Shown: positions 50,888 to 53,129 of the stretch, in pieces | How positions within the stretch are numbered: the first letter of the stretch is position 1 | How the letters are laid out: each line of letters opens with the position of its first letter | NCBI GenBank assembly: GCA_964625025.1 | Contig: CAZUZR010000001.1 | Coordinates: forward strand, 1,456-54,584 | Origin: an uncultured Planctomycetia bacterium | GTDB lineage: Bacteria; Omnitrophota; Gorgyraeia; Pluralincolimonadales; CAZUZR01 | Direction: 5' to 3' | Length of the DNA stretch: 53,129 bases | Made by a program: the position numbers and the translations under genes | The notes under the pieces: generated by a model | The model's database searches: none | What the model was told of the DNA's origin: nothing | What the model saw: the letters and a program-made list of their open reading frames with translations, nothing else

Positions 50888-51954
50888 AAGGTCGGCTCTC
50901 CCCTTGAGTCAACTATCGTAGCGGTTAAGAAGATAATCAAATTCTTTTTTGTGCGGTTAACGTATTTTGATTTAAAGAAGTTGCCAAAAAATGGCAAATC
51001 TCCTAAGAATGGCACCTTTCGCTTGGTTACGCTTTCGTCTTCTCTTATCAATCCACCTATTACAACGGTCTCGCCACTGCGTATAACCACAGATGTCTGT
51101 GTAACCCTTATATCGGTGATTGGATATCCCAAGTCAGTTGGAAAATCCGTAGCAGAAGAAATAGGAACTTGCCTGATTAAGACAGAAACCTCAGGGTGAA
51201 TATCCATAGTAATTATCTTACTTTCACCTGCGACCTTTGGGGTTACTTCCAATAATATACCAATGGCGCTCTCTTTGACTTTATATTTCTCTACAAAGAC
51301 AGGTAAGACGACTGTGCCGACATTAGTCCTCGTAAGGTCAGACGCATATGGAAAGACATTAGCCAGTTGGATATTTGCCATCTGGCCTGACAAGGTTGTA
51401 ACAGTGGGTGCGGATAGCAAATTTGCCTTGCCTTGTTCTTCAAGCGCTTTAACATATGCAAGCAATTGGCTGCCTGTTTGAGCAGTTATCCTGCCCACTT
51501 CAAGCCCAAAACCTGAGGTCTTCGTAGCATCCCCAAATACATTTGCAGCTCCTAGTAAATTGGTAGATGCGTCAATATGGACATCGCCTCCCTTGCTAGG
51601 ACTCTGTGGGAGCAGATGATACCACCACTCAATCCCTAATTCTTCTATATCCTGTAATGCCACTTCAACAAACCTCGCTTGAATCCGAACCTGTTGTGGG
51701 CCTACATCCCATAACCTTATCAATTCTCTAGCGAGATTTTGATTGCTGGGTGTATCTGTAACTGTCAGCATCCCGGTCATCTCATCTAATACGGCCCTTC
51801 TATTTTCATTAGGGGGTAGGGCCTCATCGAGATATTCTTTGATATTGTATTCCTTTTCACCTTGCGCAAATAGAGTATTGATTAAAAATAAAAGGCTAGC
51901 CAACGCGCTCATTAAAAAAATTAAACTTAAAAATATCTTGTGACCATTTTTCAT
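50884..51954 (-). CDS. Short secretin-family outer-membrane channel protein (one N-domain plus secretin domain)
   Basis: Signal peptide, N-domain LTVTDTPSNQNLARELIRLWDVGPQQVRIQARFVEV and secretin C-terminus GETVVIGGLI..KVPFLGDLPFFGNFFK...LIIFLTATIV. Confidence 0.75.
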   Translation of the reverse strand: MKNGHKIFLSLIFLMSALASLLFLINTLFAQGEKEYNIKEYLDEALPPNENRRAVLDEMTGMLTVTDTPSNQNLARELIRLWDVGPQQVRIQARFVEVALQDIEELGIEWWYHLLPQSPSKGGDVHIDASTNLLGAANVFGDATKTSGFGLEVGRITAQTGSQLLAYVKALEEQGKANLLSAPTVTTLSGQMANIQLANVFPYASDLTRTNVGTVVLPVFVEKYKVKESAIGILLEVTPKVAGESKIITMDIHPEVSVLIRQVPISSATDFPTDLGYPITDIRVTQTSVVIRSGETVVIGGLIREDESVTKRKVPFLGDLPFFGNFFKSKYVNRTKKNLIIFLTATIVDSRGEPTL

Positions 51955-53081
51955 CTTATGACCTCGCCTTCAGAGGTGATTATGCTCGCTGTGATAAAGA
52001 TGAGAAGGCTCTTCTTCCTTATGTTCTTATAATCGTATTTAAAGACATTGCCCAAAAGTGGGATGTCTCCTATAACCGGCACCTTTCTTTTAGTAACCGT
52101 CTCCTCGTCCTTTATCATTCCGCCTAAAACAATGGTCTCGCCACTATCTATAGCGATGCTCGTCTGAGTGGTCCTTACATCCACAACAGGCCAGCCTAAG
52201 TCGTTTGGAATGATAACGGCTCCTGCAGTTGTACTCCCTCCGGCGCGAAAATTTGAAATTACAACTTGATTTTTTAGAACGCTTACTTCAGGATGGAGGT
52301 CAAGCGTTATGGTATTGGAGCCCTCGCTGACATACGGGGTTACCTCAAGGGCTATGCCAATCGGCTTCTCTGACAATTTCAACTTATAATTCCAGATGGG
52401 GGCCTGCGCTGTCCCTATATTCTCAAGCGTAAAATCAGAGACGTAAGGATATTTCCTTACAATTTGAATGTTAGCCATCTGTCCCGAGATGGTTGTAACC
52501 TTTGGCGCGGAAAGAAGGTTGGCCTTGCCTTCTTGTTCAAGGGCCTTAAGCCTTGACTGGAGAATCCTTAAGTTTTGGGTTGTCTTGGCGATAAAGATAT
52601 CTGCCCCGAATTTACCGACCTTTGGAAAGGTGGTAGTGGTAGAATCATCCCATTGAATGCCGTGATAAGCAGCTTGGGCCTCAATCGGATTGACCGCCAA
52701 ATTCGTAAATATCTCGCCCCTCCTGCTCCTTCCAGGCAATCTGCCGTACCACTCAATTCCTAACTCGCCCAAAGCAGTAATATCGACCTCAACAAATCGG
52801 GTCTCTATCATAACCTGCCGGGGCCCAACTTCAAATTGCTCAATTAATTGCTTGATAATTCTCTGATTGCCTTTGGTGTCGGTTACGGTAAGCAACTTCG
52901 CCTGTTCGTTATAGGCTACCCTGCGTCCTTCCTGCGGCGGAAGCGCCTTCTCTAGATAATCTTTAATCGTTAGCTCTATCTCGTCTTCCGAGAAAGCGCT
53001 TATTTGTGCAATTGAAAATAAAAAAGTTAACGTAATCGCAAATAACCTTTTCATCTTATTCTTTTTCTTTTTTCGTCTCAA
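51951..53081 (-). CDS. Short secretin-family protein, paralogue of 50884..51954
   Basis: Same architecture: LTVTDTKGNQRIIKQLIEQFEVGPRQVMIETRFVEV and GETIVLGGMI..KVPVIGDIPLLGNVFK..LLIFITASII. It overlaps the downstream paralogue by 4 nt. Confidence 0.75.
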   Translation of the reverse strand: MRRKKKKNKMKRLFAITLTFLFSIAQISAFSEDEIELTIKDYLEKALPPQEGRRVAYNEQAKLLTVTDTKGNQRIIKQLIEQFEVGPRQVMIETRFVEVDITALGELGIEWYGRLPGRSRRGEIFTNLAVNPIEAQAAYHGIQWDDSTTTTFPKVGKFGADIFIAKTTQNLRILQSRLKALEQEGKANLLSAPKVTTISGQMANIQIVRKYPYVSDFTLENIGTAQAPIWNYKLKLSEKPIGIALEVTPYVSEGSNTITLDLHPEVSVLKNQVVISNFRAGGSTTAGAVIIPNDLGWPVVDVRTTQTSIAIDSGETIVLGGMIKDEETVTKRKVPVIGDIPLLGNVFKYDYKNIRKKSLLIFITASIITSEGEVIR

Positions 53082-53129
53082 ATTCCTTTAATTCCACCTT
53101 CCGTATCTTTCGCACTCCATATTTTAAGC

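Overview
A 53.1-kb low-GC bacterial fragment in which every supportable gene (about 50 CDS and 4 tRNAs) lies on the minus strand, packed into long operons with many 4-nt ATGA-type overlaps. Most content is housekeeping: nnrD-acpS-pdxJ, cdaA-ybbR, folP, ftsH, tilS, mnmA, panBE, rlmN, rnhB, rpsP-trmD-rplS, murA, prfA-prmC, rpmE, rho, coaE, glgA, polA. Anaerobe-type metabolism is also present: NfnAB, a ThiH-like radical SAM enzyme, a split MetH, and an acetogen-style fhs-fchA-folD-metVF C1 cluster. The accessory content comprises:
- a DUF2157/GDYXXLXY membrane module
- a 1229-aa secreted hydrolase with a partner protein
- a vapBC pair
- an ExeA-like ATPase
- two tandem short secretins

The most interesting signals are RNA- and repeat-level features that the ORF track does not explain:
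1. The tRNA-Tyr(GUA) gene is split in its anticodon loop by a compact 198-nt ORF-less group I intron. A free-standing I-Ssp6803I-like PD-(D/E)XK endonuclease gene sits immediately upstream of the tRNA cluster.
2. Two families of 55-63-nt hairpin junction elements start at the upstream TGA and end on the downstream start codon.
3. A related ~40-50-nt palindromic sequence is inserted in-frame into two adjacent genes (rlmN and a histidine phosphatase).
4. A ~145-nt intergenic element occurs twice with a 48-nt identical core, once between tRNAs and once upstream of rplS.
5. The C1 cluster shows signs of decay or remodelling: a metV'-'metF in-frame fusion remnant and a FolD lacking the YxxxK lysine.

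All calls come from reading the sequence and from motif memory. No database search was run.
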